From IMG/VR virus record IMGVR_UViG_3300029305_007680, positions 5,602 through 69,601 of that record: a stretch of 64,000 bases of DNA; one strand, written 5' to 3'. Of this stretch, positions 10,848 to 21,183 are shown piece by piece; the stretch's first letter is position 1, and every line of letters begins with the position of its first letter. The notes under the pieces are model-generated. The model was not told the origin of the DNA. It did not search any database and saw only the letters and a program-made list of their open reading frames with translations. The position numbers and the translations under genes are program-made. This stretch comes from a virus. Taxonomy: Duplodnaviria > Caudoviricetes.

Positions 10848-11212
10848 AAAATTCTCTTTCCTAATAAATAACTGGTAAATATGTTTTCTATATCAGATTT
10901 ACGTTTTCTTATAATATCAAATGATAATTTTCTGTAGTTATTAAGTAAAATTTTAGATATAAAGACATTATCAATTATTGATGATATTGTGTTAGAATAA
11001 ATTAATTCAGATAAAATTTTCTGTTCTATTTGTTTTGTTGATTTATCATATAAATTAATGGTAAGATTAACATATATATGTGCACTATCTATATCATTTA
11101 GATTAATTCCAGGTTCATAATTAAATGGAACAGATCATGAAAATTTTATATTAGAGTCTAATATTTTATTTAGTGTACTTATATGCTGTGACAGTTTGAG
11201 TATATTTTTCAT
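10841..11212 (-). CDS. Hypothetical protein (contains TGA=Trp)
   Basis: RBS aggag then MKNILKLSQH; 124-codon frame. Confidence 0.5.
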
Positions 11213-11237
11213 TTGTATTTCTCCTGTTTTCATTAGT

Positions 11238-11420
11238 TCAATTGGCAGGAACATATTGTTCATATGCACTTCTGCCCGGACAACAATCAATAATAATGAA
11301 ATCACCAGGAGTTATTCCCATATCCTGAGAATATCTAAAAGCATCTAATTTTGTACTAAAATCACGAACAACTCTATTCTTTGAAATTAATAAAATTCTC
11401 CCATTATATCTTTCCAACAA
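11238..11420 (-). CDS. Hypothetical small protein; C-terminus uncertain because the ORF ends at TGA
   Basis: ORF track. Confidence 0.45.
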   Translation of the reverse strand: MLERYNGRILLISKNRVVRDFSTKLDAFRYSQDMGITPGDFIIIDCCPGRSAYEQYVPAN

Positions 11421-11474
11421 TAAAGATTGATTTTGTATGTATCAATTTAAATCGGATGTCATATTATCTCCTTA

Positions 11475-11855
11475 TTAGAGAATTTTATCAAAAAATTCTT
11501 TCTTTATATATACATCTTTAGATAATGAAAAACACATTTTTTCAAGTTCTGATTTCGTTAATATATGTTCATATCCTCTATTATCATTATATATAAAATA
11601 ATCCTCATTTATGTCAATAAAATCAAAATGAGAATATTTACCTCTAGATTTATGATATCCCAATTCATTTACAACATCATAAAAAATTGGATGATGTCTT
11701 GGAAGAATAACTTCTTTATCATCTTTAATAAATTTTATTTTATTATCTTCTAAAATAGAAGAAAGCCCATATTTATGAGCATTATCTCTCATATATATAA
11801 GGGCTTCTTCAGAAAATGTAATATGACAATTATTAGTCGAATATAAAACTTTCAT
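11475..11855 (-). CDS. Hypothetical protein
   Basis: Likely start MKVLYSTNN. Confidence 0.55.
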   Translation of the reverse strand: MKVLYSTNNCHITFSEEALIYMRDNAHKYGLSSILEDNKIKFIKDDKEVILPRHHPIFYDVVNELGYHKSRGKYSHFDFIDINEDYFIYNDNRGYEHILTKSELEKMCFSLSKDVYIKKEFFDKIL

Positions 11856-11856
11856 T

Positions 11857-12381
11857 CTAAAACCTATTTGTATATATTGTATTTGAATCAATAATCATAT
11901 TTACTAATTCTTCTTTATCTTTCTTAATTAATAAATCATATTGATTCTTTCGAGCCCTATTAACAATATCATTTAAATTAAATGCAACATCTTCAGGAAG
12001 TTTAACATAAAAATTAGTATCTGGAACTATCAAATTATACTTCTCATAGGCCTCATCTGGTGTTAATATCTCCCTTATCCTATAAGCATTAGAATACACT
12101 TCATAATACTGACCATAATGCACATAATCATATATTTCTATTTTAGCATATCTATAAACATTATCACTCTTAATAAACTTAACATCTCTTGCAAATATTT
12201 TTATATAACTATCATCAAACCTACTATGCCAACTCATTATATACCAATGAAATGGCTTCACCTTATCTTGAAGTTGTTTAATTTCTTTACAGTTATTTTC
12301 ACAATCTGTGATGACATCTTTGTTTATGTTTGCTTTTCCACATACATCGCATACATATAGGGTTGTATTTTTTTCAATCAT
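11857..12381 (-). CDS. Hypothetical protein with an N-terminal CxxC...CxxxC motif
   Basis: YVCDVCG...CENNC. Confidence 0.55.
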   Translation of the reverse strand: MIEKNTTLYVCDVCGKANINKDVITDCENNCKEIKQLQDKVKPFHWYIMSWHSRFDDSYIKIFARDVKFIKSDNVYRYAKIEIYDYVHYGQYYEVYSNAYRIREILTPDEAYEKYNLIVPDTNFYVKLPEDVAFNLNDIVNRARKNQYDLLIKKDKEELVNMIIDSNTIYTNRF

Positions 12382-12392
12382 ATATGAGTCCT

Positions 12393-12686
12393 TTAGAAGG
12401 AGATGACCCAGTATTTTTCGATATTTTTGAAATTGTTGAATTGTTCCTTGTAGTCCTTTTTCCATCTGTCACTTTGATCTGTGATAGGATGGATGAACAT
12501 GAGGGTTTTATTTTTTATTTCGCTGTATTTTTTGGTTAGTCTTTGGCTATGATTTCGTTTGTTTATAATTTCGATTTGAAAATCACCTTTTGATTCGAAG
12601 TGTTTTTGCCAACCATTGAGTTCCCACATTTGAACAGAAATACGTTTTTTGGAAAAGTAATTCATGTAGTGATCTTTGGTCAGCAT
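12393..12686 (-). CDS. Hypothetical protein
   Basis: ORF track; TTAACA...TATAAT promoter upstream at about 12713-12740. Confidence 0.55.
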   Translation of the reverse strand: MLTKDHYMNYFSKKRISVQMWELNGWQKHFESKGDFQIEIINKRNHSQRLTKKYSEIKNKTLMFIHPITDQSDRWKKDYKEQFNNFKNIEKYWVISF

Positions 12687-12737
12687 TTGAATTTCCTTTG
12701 TTGTTTATATGATATTATAACAAAAGTTTGTAAAATG

Positions 12738-13859
12738 TTAACCAAAAATATGAGCTAATTGTCCACAACATAAACCTGCAGTTTCACATTTTGCTACTGC
12801 ATCATAGACAACCTGTATCCCTGCTTTTTCAAATTTTGAAGAATATTTTTTCAATTCATCATATGTGTCATAATCATACTCAGTTTCTAATGAGTTTGAT
12901 TCAGCATTTAATGTTTGATTTAATGGAATCAATTTTACTGCAAATTTCTGAGGATTAAGTCCTAATTTGATAAGATAATCAATATCAATAGGAACATTTT
13001 TCATTACAATAAAATTGAGTGTTACTGTTCTATTTGAGATTTTTTGTTTATTAATAATTTTTATAATTTCTTCTAATGAGAGAACATCAGCTCCACCAAA
13101 TAATTCTTTTCGTTTAGTTTCATCTGTTGAGTTACATGATATCTGAAAATGTAAGAATCCATTACAATATTTTTCTTTTGTTTCAATTACTTTAAGTACA
13201 ACATCTTCTCCAGACATTCCATCCATTGTTTTTCTAGGAAGTATTGAATTAAAACAAGGAAGCCAATTAATTTTAAATAACAAATTATAAAATTCATCCG
13301 TCCATCTACTAGCATTTTTATATTTATTAATATAATAACAGTATACATCTGAAAATTCTTGATGATATAATTTATTTCGTAAATTATCAGCTTCTTCTCT
13401 ATTAGATTTATTCCAAACATTAAGTTTAAGATATTTAATAACATTTAATACATTTGTTAAGTTGTGTGCTGGTTCGCCCATTCTAGCGAAGCCAATTTTT
13501 GCTTTTTGTGTTGTTTGACTTATTAATTCAGGTGTTGTTGAGACTAGCATTTTTATTTGATTTAGAATTTCATGATCTGTTAAGTTTCCTTTGAATGGTA
13601 AATTAGCAACATCACAGAATTTGCAATTATGAACACAACCTTTTTGCGTTGATACCGTAAGAAGCCATTTATCTTTAATATCAACAGTATGTTTCCAAAT
13701 GACATGAGGATCAAGAGATGACCTTACTTCAGAATGATTTTTACCGTCAACCGAGATATCCCTCATTTCAGTTGATTCAATTAGATAATCATCACTTGTT
13801 TTAGATAAGATAACTCGACCAGAAGGTAAATAAAATGTTCTAATAGGTTCAATCTGCAT
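12738..13859 (-). CDS. RlmN/Cfr-family radical SAM RNA methyltransferase-like protein
   Basis: TVSTQKGCVHNCKFC (CxxxCxxC), ARMGEP, VKLIPLN and C-terminal CCGQL. Confidence 0.8.
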   Translation of the reverse strand: MQIEPIRTFYLPSGRVILSKTSDDYLIESTEMRDISVDGKNHSEVRSSLDPHVIWKHTVDIKDKWLLTVSTQKGCVHNCKFCDVANLPFKGNLTDHEILNQIKMLVSTTPELISQTTQKAKIGFARMGEPAHNLTNVLNVIKYLKLNVWNKSNREEADNLRNKLYHQEFSDVYCYYINKYKNASRWTDEFYNLLFKINWLPCFNSILPRKTMDGMSGEDVVLKVIETKEKYCNGFLHFQISCNSTDETKRKELFGGADVLSLEEIIKIINKQKISNRTVTLNFIVMKNVPIDIDYLIKLGLNPQKFAVKLIPLNQTLNAESNSLETEYDYDTYDELKKYSSKFEKAGIQVVYDAVAKCETAGLCCGQLAHIFG

Positions 13860-13868
13860 AATTTTCTC

Positions 13869-14573
13869 CTAAAATAAAAATTTATCAGTTATTTGACCAT
13901 TAGGCATTAAATATAAATTATAATCATCTTGCTTTACATATCTTCCTAAATCATACCTAAATGATACAGATTTACAAAAATCATCAATATTTGGATATAT
14001 CTTGTAGTTATCAGAAACAAGTTCACGATATGCTAATTGAATATCATTCTGTTTAAGGATATTTTCTATTTTTTCTAATTCTGGTATATTAAGTTCGTTT
14101 GTTACGACAAAATTGAATCTATATTTATAGTTTTCTATATTATCAAATTGTTTATAAAATCTATTAAGAGATGAGTGAATAACAATTCTGTTTATTAGTG
14201 ATTTATTTTCAAAAATTTTATTTATTATATCAGTGTGATTTATATATGATGTATGAATGTCTATTTTTATGTTTTTATATGAGCAATGATCTATAAGTGT
14301 ATTCCAGAAATCCATGTTATCATCAGGATTATTTAGAGGATCTCCGCCACCTGATATAGATACTTTATTACAATTATCTAAAAATGTGCTTATTTTGTTT
14401 ATAAATGATGATTTGTTATATTTTTTATTATTTAGTTTATGTTTTTTCCATATGCAATAAGAACAATTTGTAATACATCCAAAATCAGTTATGATACTAT
14501 AACCTTTCATTTTAATATTGTTTTGCTGAATGTTGAAGAATTTTTTCATATAAAGAAATAAATGAATCTTCAT
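13869..14573 (-). CDS. Radical SAM protein (true start probably MKGYSII)
   Basis: GCITNCSYC and SISGGGDPL. Confidence 0.75.
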   Translation of the reverse strand: MKIHLFLYMKKFFNIQQNNIKMKGYSIITDFGCITNCSYCIWKKHKLNNKKYNKSSFINKISTFLDNCNKVSISGGGDPLNNPDDNMDFWNTLIDHCSYKNIKIDIHTSYINHTDIINKIFENKSLINRIVIHSSLNRFYKQFDNIENYKYRFNFVVTNELNIPELEKIENILKQNDIQLAYRELVSDNYKIYPNIDDFCKSVSFRYDLGRYVKQDDYNLYLMPNGQITDKFLF

Positions 14574-14757
14574 CTAGTGAAGATAAAAATTCTTTATATT
14601 TAACCATATCATATATCATCCCTGTTCTTTTATCAATTCCAGGGTCAACTTCTTTCTTAGATAACATAAATGATTTGTAATAATATTTAGATAATGAAGA
14701 TTTGTGTTCCAACCAATATATAAGTGACATTTCTAGTTTTTGTCTAATAGTTTTCAT
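14512..14757 (-). CDS. Hypothetical protein
   Basis: ORF track. Confidence 0.45.
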   Translation of the reverse strand: MKTIRQKLEMSLIYWLEHKSSLSKYYYKSFMLSKKEVDPGIDKRTGMIYDMVKYKEFLSSLDEDSFISLYEKILQHSAKQY

Positions 14758-14781
14758 ATATCCTCACTATCTATAATAGAT

Positions 14782-15015
14782 TTAATTATCTCTTGCTTTA
14801 TTTAAGTAAATCTTTTCTAAAATCTTAAGCTTTTCTATATCCTTTATATCTTCTTCTTTATGGAAATCTTCATTAAATTTCCATATATTTAATTTTTTAG
14901 ATAAAAAATTAACCTTATCTTCAATATTATAAATCTTATTTGTTGAATATAAGTTGTTTAGATCATTAGAATTTTTCGTTAAAACATCGTTATGCATTTT
15001 AGCTCCAGAGTTCAT
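14782..15015 (-). CDS. Hypothetical protein
   Basis: ORF track. Confidence 0.4.
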   Translation of the reverse strand: MNSGAKMHNDVLTKNSNDLNNLYSTNKIYNIEDKVNFLSKKLNIWKFNEDFHKEEDIKDIEKLKILEKIYLNKARDN

Positions 15016-15547
15016 CTAGGTTGAATTTATTGTTTGAGATTTCTAGTTTTAGTTTTATGAATTCGGATATTGTTGGTTTGAATGGTTTATTTTTTAGTGA
15101 CATGTTTGCTTCTGACATAGTTCTGTTGCTTTTTTTGTTATTGCATTCAAAGCAGGAGCATACGCAGTTATCCCATGATGATTTGCCTCCTCGAGAAACT
15201 GGTATTAAGTGATCAATTGTTGCTTTGATTTTCTTAAAGTTTTTTTCTTTGTTTGATATTGCATTTTTTGAAAGTTCTCTTCCACAATATTGACAAGTAT
15301 ATTTATCTCTGACAAGAACATTCTTTTTTGAAAATGGTACTTCTTTTCTGTATATCATTCTAATGAATTTAATGAGTCTTAAAACTATGGGAATGTTTAT
15401 TAGACGACCTCCCATAGTTTTAACGTATTGTTCTGATTCTTTTATGATTTCTGCTTTTTTAGTTTCAATAAGGACAATGGCACGACGCCATGAGGTAAAT
15501 CCTATAAATGAGTAGTCGCCATTCAAAATAATAACATCATTTGCCAT
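14999..15547 (-). CDS. HNH endonuclease (McrA-like)
   Basis: RDKYTCQYCG...ATIDHLIPVSRGGKSSWDNCVCSCFECNNKK. Confidence 0.9.
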   Translation of the reverse strand: MANDVIILNGDYSFIGFTSWRRAIVLIETKKAEIIKESEQYVKTMGGRLINIPIVLRLIKFIRMIYRKEVPFSKKNVLVRDKYTCQYCGRELSKNAISNKEKNFKKIKATIDHLIPVSRGGKSSWDNCVCSCFECNNKKSNRTMSEANMSLKNKPFKPTISEFIKLKLEISNNKFNLDELWS

Positions 15548-15610
15548 TGTGTAAATCCTTATTGTTTTTTCTATAAAATAACATATTTAAGGTGAAATGT
15601 TAACCTCTTT

Positions 15611-17293
15611 TTATTTAATTCATTGAATAGCTTCGTCGAATCATTTAGGAATAAATTGTTTACATCTGTTATATACGTTTATCCAGTTCGAATCAAATAT
15701 ATATGTAGCAGCGTAATCATCTTTATTTCTGACACTTCTACCTGCAGCTTGAACAATTAGTTTTAATGCTTCCAATGAATATCATGTTGGATATTTATTC
15801 ATACATGTTTTTACATATTTACTTCCTAGATATTTAAATGGAACTTTCATTATTATTTGATATCTTGATATGTCACCTTCTAGATTGACACCTTCATAAA
15901 AAGAAGGTGAAACTAAAACTTTTATTCTATTATTTCTTTCAATAAACCTATTAAGAATATCATCTCTACTGTCAACATCCAAATTATAAAGTAAGTCTAT
16001 ATCATTGTTTTCTAGTAGTTTATATGAATATTCAGCAAATAATTTTGTTAATTTATATGATGGTGAAAAAATAATACCTGAATGTCCCTTTGATGCATGG
16101 TCAAATACAACATTAAGTATATCATCAAAATATTTTGTTATTTCATCAGAATTAACCAATGTTTCATTAATAGATCTTATTGGTATTGAAAATATAGGTC
16201 TATTATCTAATGCAAATCTTGAATCTAAATATATATATTCATTTTTTTGATCTTCTAATCCCAATTCAGATATGAATCGTTCTCCACCAAAAATAGTTGA
16301 GCTCATAAATAGTCGTGAATTAGAAAAGTCATTTGCTTCTGATGAATATATATTTGATATATCTAACGGTATTATTTTACATTCAGTTGTTTTTTCTCCA
16401 AATGTTGATTCAATAACAAAGTTATTATTATCGATAATATGAGATTTGAATCCCATTAATTTTCAATATTTTCCTAATCACATATCAATATTTGTTATGC
16501 ATTGGGAATATAAATGAATTCTTCCTCTTTCAAGTAAGTCAATTTCATGTTTCTTGACTGTTTCGTTAAGTTCATTTACTAATTGATATTTTATGTTTGA
16601 TACATGTTTGAATGTATTTAGACCATATTCAATATTATTTTGAAGTTTATTATAATCAATATCTTTATAATAAGCCATTGAATCTTCTAATATTTCACAT
16701 AGAGAATTAAAACCATCATCATCAGAAAGTCTTTTAATTAAGTTGAAAAAGTCAGATTCCTGAGATTTTATTGATATTGAGCGAATATCTGTATAAATGT
16801 TTTTGAAATTATGGCATTCATCATAAATGTATAAATCTTTATTATATTTGAATGTATCTATTGAATTATCATAAATGAGAAATATTTGTTGATAGTTCAT
16901 ATTTAGGAAGTTTGTTTTTTCTGCTTCCATTCTTAAACGTCAATATGTACAATTGTTTTTGAATTTACATTTATATTTGAAATATGAACAAGGAGCACTT
17001 TCTACAGTTCATTTTTTATTTAAGATACATTCATAGTTAGCTTTACCTTTAAGTGTAAGGAAGTCTATGTAGTTATCTGAACCTAGTAGAGATTCATATT
17101 GGTCTTGAAGTACTTTTTGATGTGATAGTACTGTTGTTGTATATTTACTTAATTGATGTACAAATCATGCGATACCAGTTTTACCTGAACCTGTTGGTGC
17201 TTCTAAAACAACATTTTGAACACCAGAATCAAATAGGTCAACTATTTTTTTCGCAACTGAAATTTGATATTCATCATTTCTAATTTTAGCCAT
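15611..17293 (-). CDS. DinG/YoaA-like SF2 helicase (560 aa)
   Basis: EAPTGSGKT, YDECH, FYEGVNLEGD and LIVQAAGRSVR; continuous frame with TGA=Trp. Confidence 0.85.
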
Positions 17294-17407
17294 TGTTAGT
17301 CCTTTGGTTTAAATAAAAAGAATATATTACTATTCCGCGGAATAGTAAATCAAGGTAGTCAAATAATGGAATTTTGACTACCTTGATTGTTTGCATGTTA
17401 TGATGAA

Positions 17408-17839
17408 TTAGTTTATTGGGTCAAACTGAGGACACCTGTAAATTATTGCTTTCCATGATTGCTTACACTGACGTTTACAGGATTTACATTTTTCGTTAAT
17501 ATCTTTCCAAAGGAATTCAGTGTCATATATTTCATCTTCATCATTATAATATTCTTCCAATTCATCTTTTGTTATGTTTTTGTTTAGAAGTTTGATTGTT
17601 TGTTCCTTTGTGGGAGCTTTTGGCTTTGGAATAGCTGAAATTTCATCATCTGTAATTTCAACAATCTCAACATTTTTAAATCCATATTCAAGACATTTCT
17701 GAAGAAGTTTTTCAGCGCTAGCAAGTTTTTTACATTTATAGACAACAATTGACCTGGCATTTGTTCCTCCGTTGAAAATAACCCTGTCTTTGAAAACGTA
17801 CTTGAGAAAATTGCCAGCTTCGTCTTTGATTGTGTACAT
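17408..17839 (-). CDS. Hypothetical protein with a C-terminal Cys cluster
   Basis: CKSCKRQCKQ...C. Confidence 0.55.
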   Translation of the reverse strand: MYTIKDEAGNFLKYVFKDRVIFNGGTNARSIVVYKCKKLASAEKLLQKCLEYGFKNVEIVEITDDEISAIPKPKAPTKEQTIKLLNKNITKDELEEYYNDEDEIYDTEFLWKDINEKCKSCKRQCKQSWKAIIYRCPQFDPIN

Positions 17840-17897
17840 ATTCGTATCTCCATTTGTTGATTGATTATGGATAAATTATATCAAAAAATCAAAAATG

Positions 17898-18209
17898 TTA
17901 ACCATAAAACCTTGACCAAATGCACGTAAAATTTGTCATATCATCGAACAACGGCTTCAAAGTAAGAGAATGAACATAGTGTTCTTCATCATCATTTAGT
18001 ATAACAGAATATACATGCGTTATGTCATCTGTGTTACCATTTTTACATGTCATATCATTATTATAACGAGTTCCATTACGAAAACCATTTTCATTTATGA
18101 AAAGAATGGATTGATTTCCATAAGCTTTTGTATCACAATCTCTCAAAACCAAATATGTTTCATTCGCGATGCGTACGTACATTCCAGTCTTCAGATCATT
18201 GAGAGTCAT
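17898..18209 (-). CDS. Hypothetical protein
   Basis: ORF track; TTAACA promoter upstream. Confidence 0.55.
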   Translation of the reverse strand: MTLNDLKTGMYVRIANETYLVLRDCDTKAYGNQSILFINENGFRNGTRYNNDMTCKNGNTDDITHVYSVILNDDEEHYVHSLTLKPLFDDMTNFTCIWSRFYG

Positions 18210-18357
18210 TGTTTGTCTCCATTATTTTTTGTTGTTATAGATATATTATAACCTGCTTTGAAAATTTGTTAACCTATGGATTCATAAAAAATTCAAGGAG
18301 GTTAACATTTTTTGATTTTCTATATAATATGGTATAAAAATATGGAGGTAATTAGTA

Positions 18358-18573
18358 ATGATTATTCATCCTTCACTGATAAAGAATTTCAAAGAAAATT
18401 TCAAGGAAACAGGACTTTCAATGAAATATGTTAAAACTAAGAAATATCAATATCTTATATGTAAGGGTGATATATCACAGAATTTTGAACATTCTTTGAA
18501 AATGAGTTTTCCAGGTTCATATGTTACTAACGGAAACATGATCATGCAAAAAAATTTCAGATTAAATCCATAG
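18358..18573 (+). CDS. Hypothetical protein
   Basis: RBS ggagg; promoter-like motif at 18302-18328. Confidence 0.55.
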   Translation: MIIHPSLIKNFKENFKETGLSMKYVKTKKYQYLICKGDISQNFEHSLKMSFPGSYVTNGNMIMQKNFRLNP

Positions 18574-18582
18574 GAGATTTTC

Positions 18583-18861
18583 ATGTCAACATATATAATG
18601 GGTTCAATATTCTCAGTTGAATATTCAACTGAGAATGATATTGTTACTAGAAATATTTTAATTGTTAAAATTAATTCGAATAAATTTTGTTTTATAGATA
18701 TGGAAACAGGTAATAGATGAGTTGATAAATTAGTTTATGAGGAATCAAATAGTTTATCTGAGAGCAAAATAATAAATGCGTTATCAGATATAAACAAAAA
18801 TGTGAAACTAGAAAGGGTTAATTTAATTAAACATTTAGCTGAATTAGATATTTATCGATAA
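18583..18861 (+). CDS. Hypothetical protein (TGA=Trp)
   Basis: RBS aggag; open frame of 93 codons. Confidence 0.5.
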
Positions 18862-18872
18862 AGGAGTTTTAT

Positions 18873-19163
18873 ATGGAAATGACGATTCAAGAAATTGCAA
18901 ATGAAATTAACACAACCAAACAAAATGTGAACCAAATTCTTAAAAGAGCTATGAGAAAGATTTTTTGAAAAGCTCATGAAATTAATAAAGAATGATCTCC
19001 AATTGAAATATTATATGGATTAAGTCGTCTTTTCAATATTCAACAAGAAAAAGATTTCAAAAGATTTTATTATGATTTTCCTAAAGATGTTCGAGATTTT
19101 GTCATTAAATCTTTGAAAATTCAAGATGAAAAAGAAATTTTTAAAAATTTTAGAATCAAGTAA
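18873..19163 (+). CDS. Small HTH (sigma region-4-like) DNA-binding protein
   Basis: MTIQEIANEINTTKQNVNQILKRAMRK; TGA=Trp. Confidence 0.55.
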
Positions 19164-19217
19164 TTTCCCGGAATAAATATATTCTCTTCCCCTTGTACTT
19201 ATGTAAATACAAAAATA
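19152..19217. repeat. About 66-bp dispersed direct repeat, copy 1 (copy 2 at 54478-54543)
   Basis: agaatcaagtaatttcccggaataaatat...cccctt.tacttatgtaaata.aaaaata at both loci. Confidence 0.8.
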
Positions 19218-19246
19218 TCATATTTTATTGAAAAGGTAAACACATT

Positions 19247-19879
19247 ATGATTTGTACAGATGATTGAAAAGTTGTTTTTCAGTATGGATCTCATATATAC
19301 GGGACAAATACTTCTAAGTCAGATGAGGATTTTATTGTAGTCGGAGGATATTCTCCTGTTGAACATCATGAAGATAACAAAAATATCAGAGTTTTCCCAT
19401 TACAAGATTTTATTGTTTTTCTTGAAATGCATGAACCTGTTGCTTTTGAATGTGTATCTGTTCTTAAAATGAATAACAATAGATATGTTAGAGTTATCGA
19501 TTCAAAATTTTCAAATATAATCGATAAATTTTATAACACAACGCTTAATTTAATCAAATTAAGAAAAGCATTTTCACAAAAAGCATCAAACTCAATTGTA
19601 AAAGCTAAAAAGAAATGTTTACTTGAGGATGAAGATTATTATATTGGAATGAAGAGCTTATTTCATTCTATTCGTCTAATGGATTTTGGAACTCAAATTG
19701 CCAAAAATAAGTATATTACAGATTTCAAATCAATGAGTTACGTATGACATGATATCCTAAATAAGCAAAACGATTTCAAGTATGTCAAAACTGAAGATGA
19801 ATGAAAAGAATTAATTGAACCTTGAAAAAAACTTTATAATAAAAAACATTCAGAATTCAAATCTGTAACATCAAAATAG
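19247..19879 (+). CDS. Putative nucleotidyltransferase
   Basis: YGSHIYGTNTSKSDEDF; continuous frame with TGA=Trp. Confidence 0.65.
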
Positions 19880-19887
19880 GATTTAAT

Positions 19888-20154
19888 ATGATTTATGTTA
19901 TAAAAATCAAATTCAATTCTAATGTAGATGAAAAAACAAAAAATAGGATTATAAATGAGTTTTGCCAGAGCAAAATATATGATATGTTTGAAATATTTCA
20001 TTATATGGACTATGCGTTTTCGATTAACAAAAATGTATGCGATTTAGAAGCTGTTTATCAAGCGTCTAAATTCTTTAGGAAATATAAAGAATGTTCACAA
20101 ATTAATTATTTTTTATTAGCAGAAAATTATGGGAGTATAAATTTATGCGAGTAG
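19888..20154 (+). CDS. Hypothetical protein
   Basis: ORF track. Confidence 0.5.
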   Translation: MIYVIKIKFNSNVDEKTKNRIINEFCQSKIYDMFEIFHYMDYAFSINKNVCDLEAVYQASKFFRKYKECSQINYFLLAENYGSINLCE

Positions 20155-20810
20155 AATTATTAGACAAAGAATATTTTCAAAATGATTCATGATTAAAGAA
20201 AATTTATAACTCATATAGACGTTGTTATTCTGGATCTGATGAGTTTAATGAAGTTTCAAAAGATGATATGATTAGTTTTATTGATAAGCATTCAAATCAT
20301 GAATCACCATTAGAACATGTTAATATAACTGTTCATATTCAAGGTGTAAGTCGTTCATTAACTCATCAATTAGTTAGACATAGATTAGCAAGTTACTCAC
20401 AAATGAGTCAACGATATGTTAAAAAGAATTTCGAATATATTATTCCTCCATCAATACAAAAGAATAAAACAGCATTAGATTTATATGTTAAAGAAATGAA
20501 AAATCTAAATGACTTATATTTAAAATTTGTGAATGCTGGGATTCCAAATGAAGATGCTAGATATATTTTCCCAAATGGAGCAGAAACAAAAATCGTAATG
20601 TCAATGAATATTAGAATGTGAAAACACTTCTTTGCTGAAAGATGTTGCTATAAAGCTCAATGAGAAATTAGAACTCTAGCAAATGAAATTCTTACATTAT
20701 TCAAAGATAATATTGATATTGTTTTTGCTAATGTGGGTCCAAAATGTATCAAACTAGGAAAATGTCCAGAAAATAAATCATGTGGCTTTATAGATAAATA
20801 CTTAAAATAA
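20145..20810 (+). CDS. thyX: Flavin-dependent thymidylate synthase
   Basis: HESPLEH, SRSLTHQLVRHRLASYSQMSQRY and EDARYIFP; TGA=Trp extends both ends. Confidence 0.93.
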
Positions 20811-20829
20811 GTATTTATCAGAGGCATAT

Positions 20830-21147
20830 ATGACAACATTATCAAATGATATAAATTACTTTCAACATGCTAGAATGATTCAAGCTAGTGAAGTAATAGC
20901 CAAATGTAAATTAGATGCTAAATATGAAGAAAATAAACTTTTAACAGAATATATACAGTATTTTAATCAGAATTATATTTGTAATCATACATATGTAACT
21001 GTTCATTATAATAAAAATGTATATTCAAAATTGTCTGATTATGAATTTTGAATTAAGTTTTATAATGTAATGGTGAACTCTGGTTATATGAATATTAGGT
21101 TAGAAGAAACCGAAACAACATATGTTATAACTGTAGATATTATGTAA
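20830..21147 (+). CDS. Hypothetical protein
   Basis: Track ORF extended through TGA. Confidence 0.5.
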
Positions 21148-21183
21148 GAATATAAGGGAGAATATATTCTCCCTTATATCATT

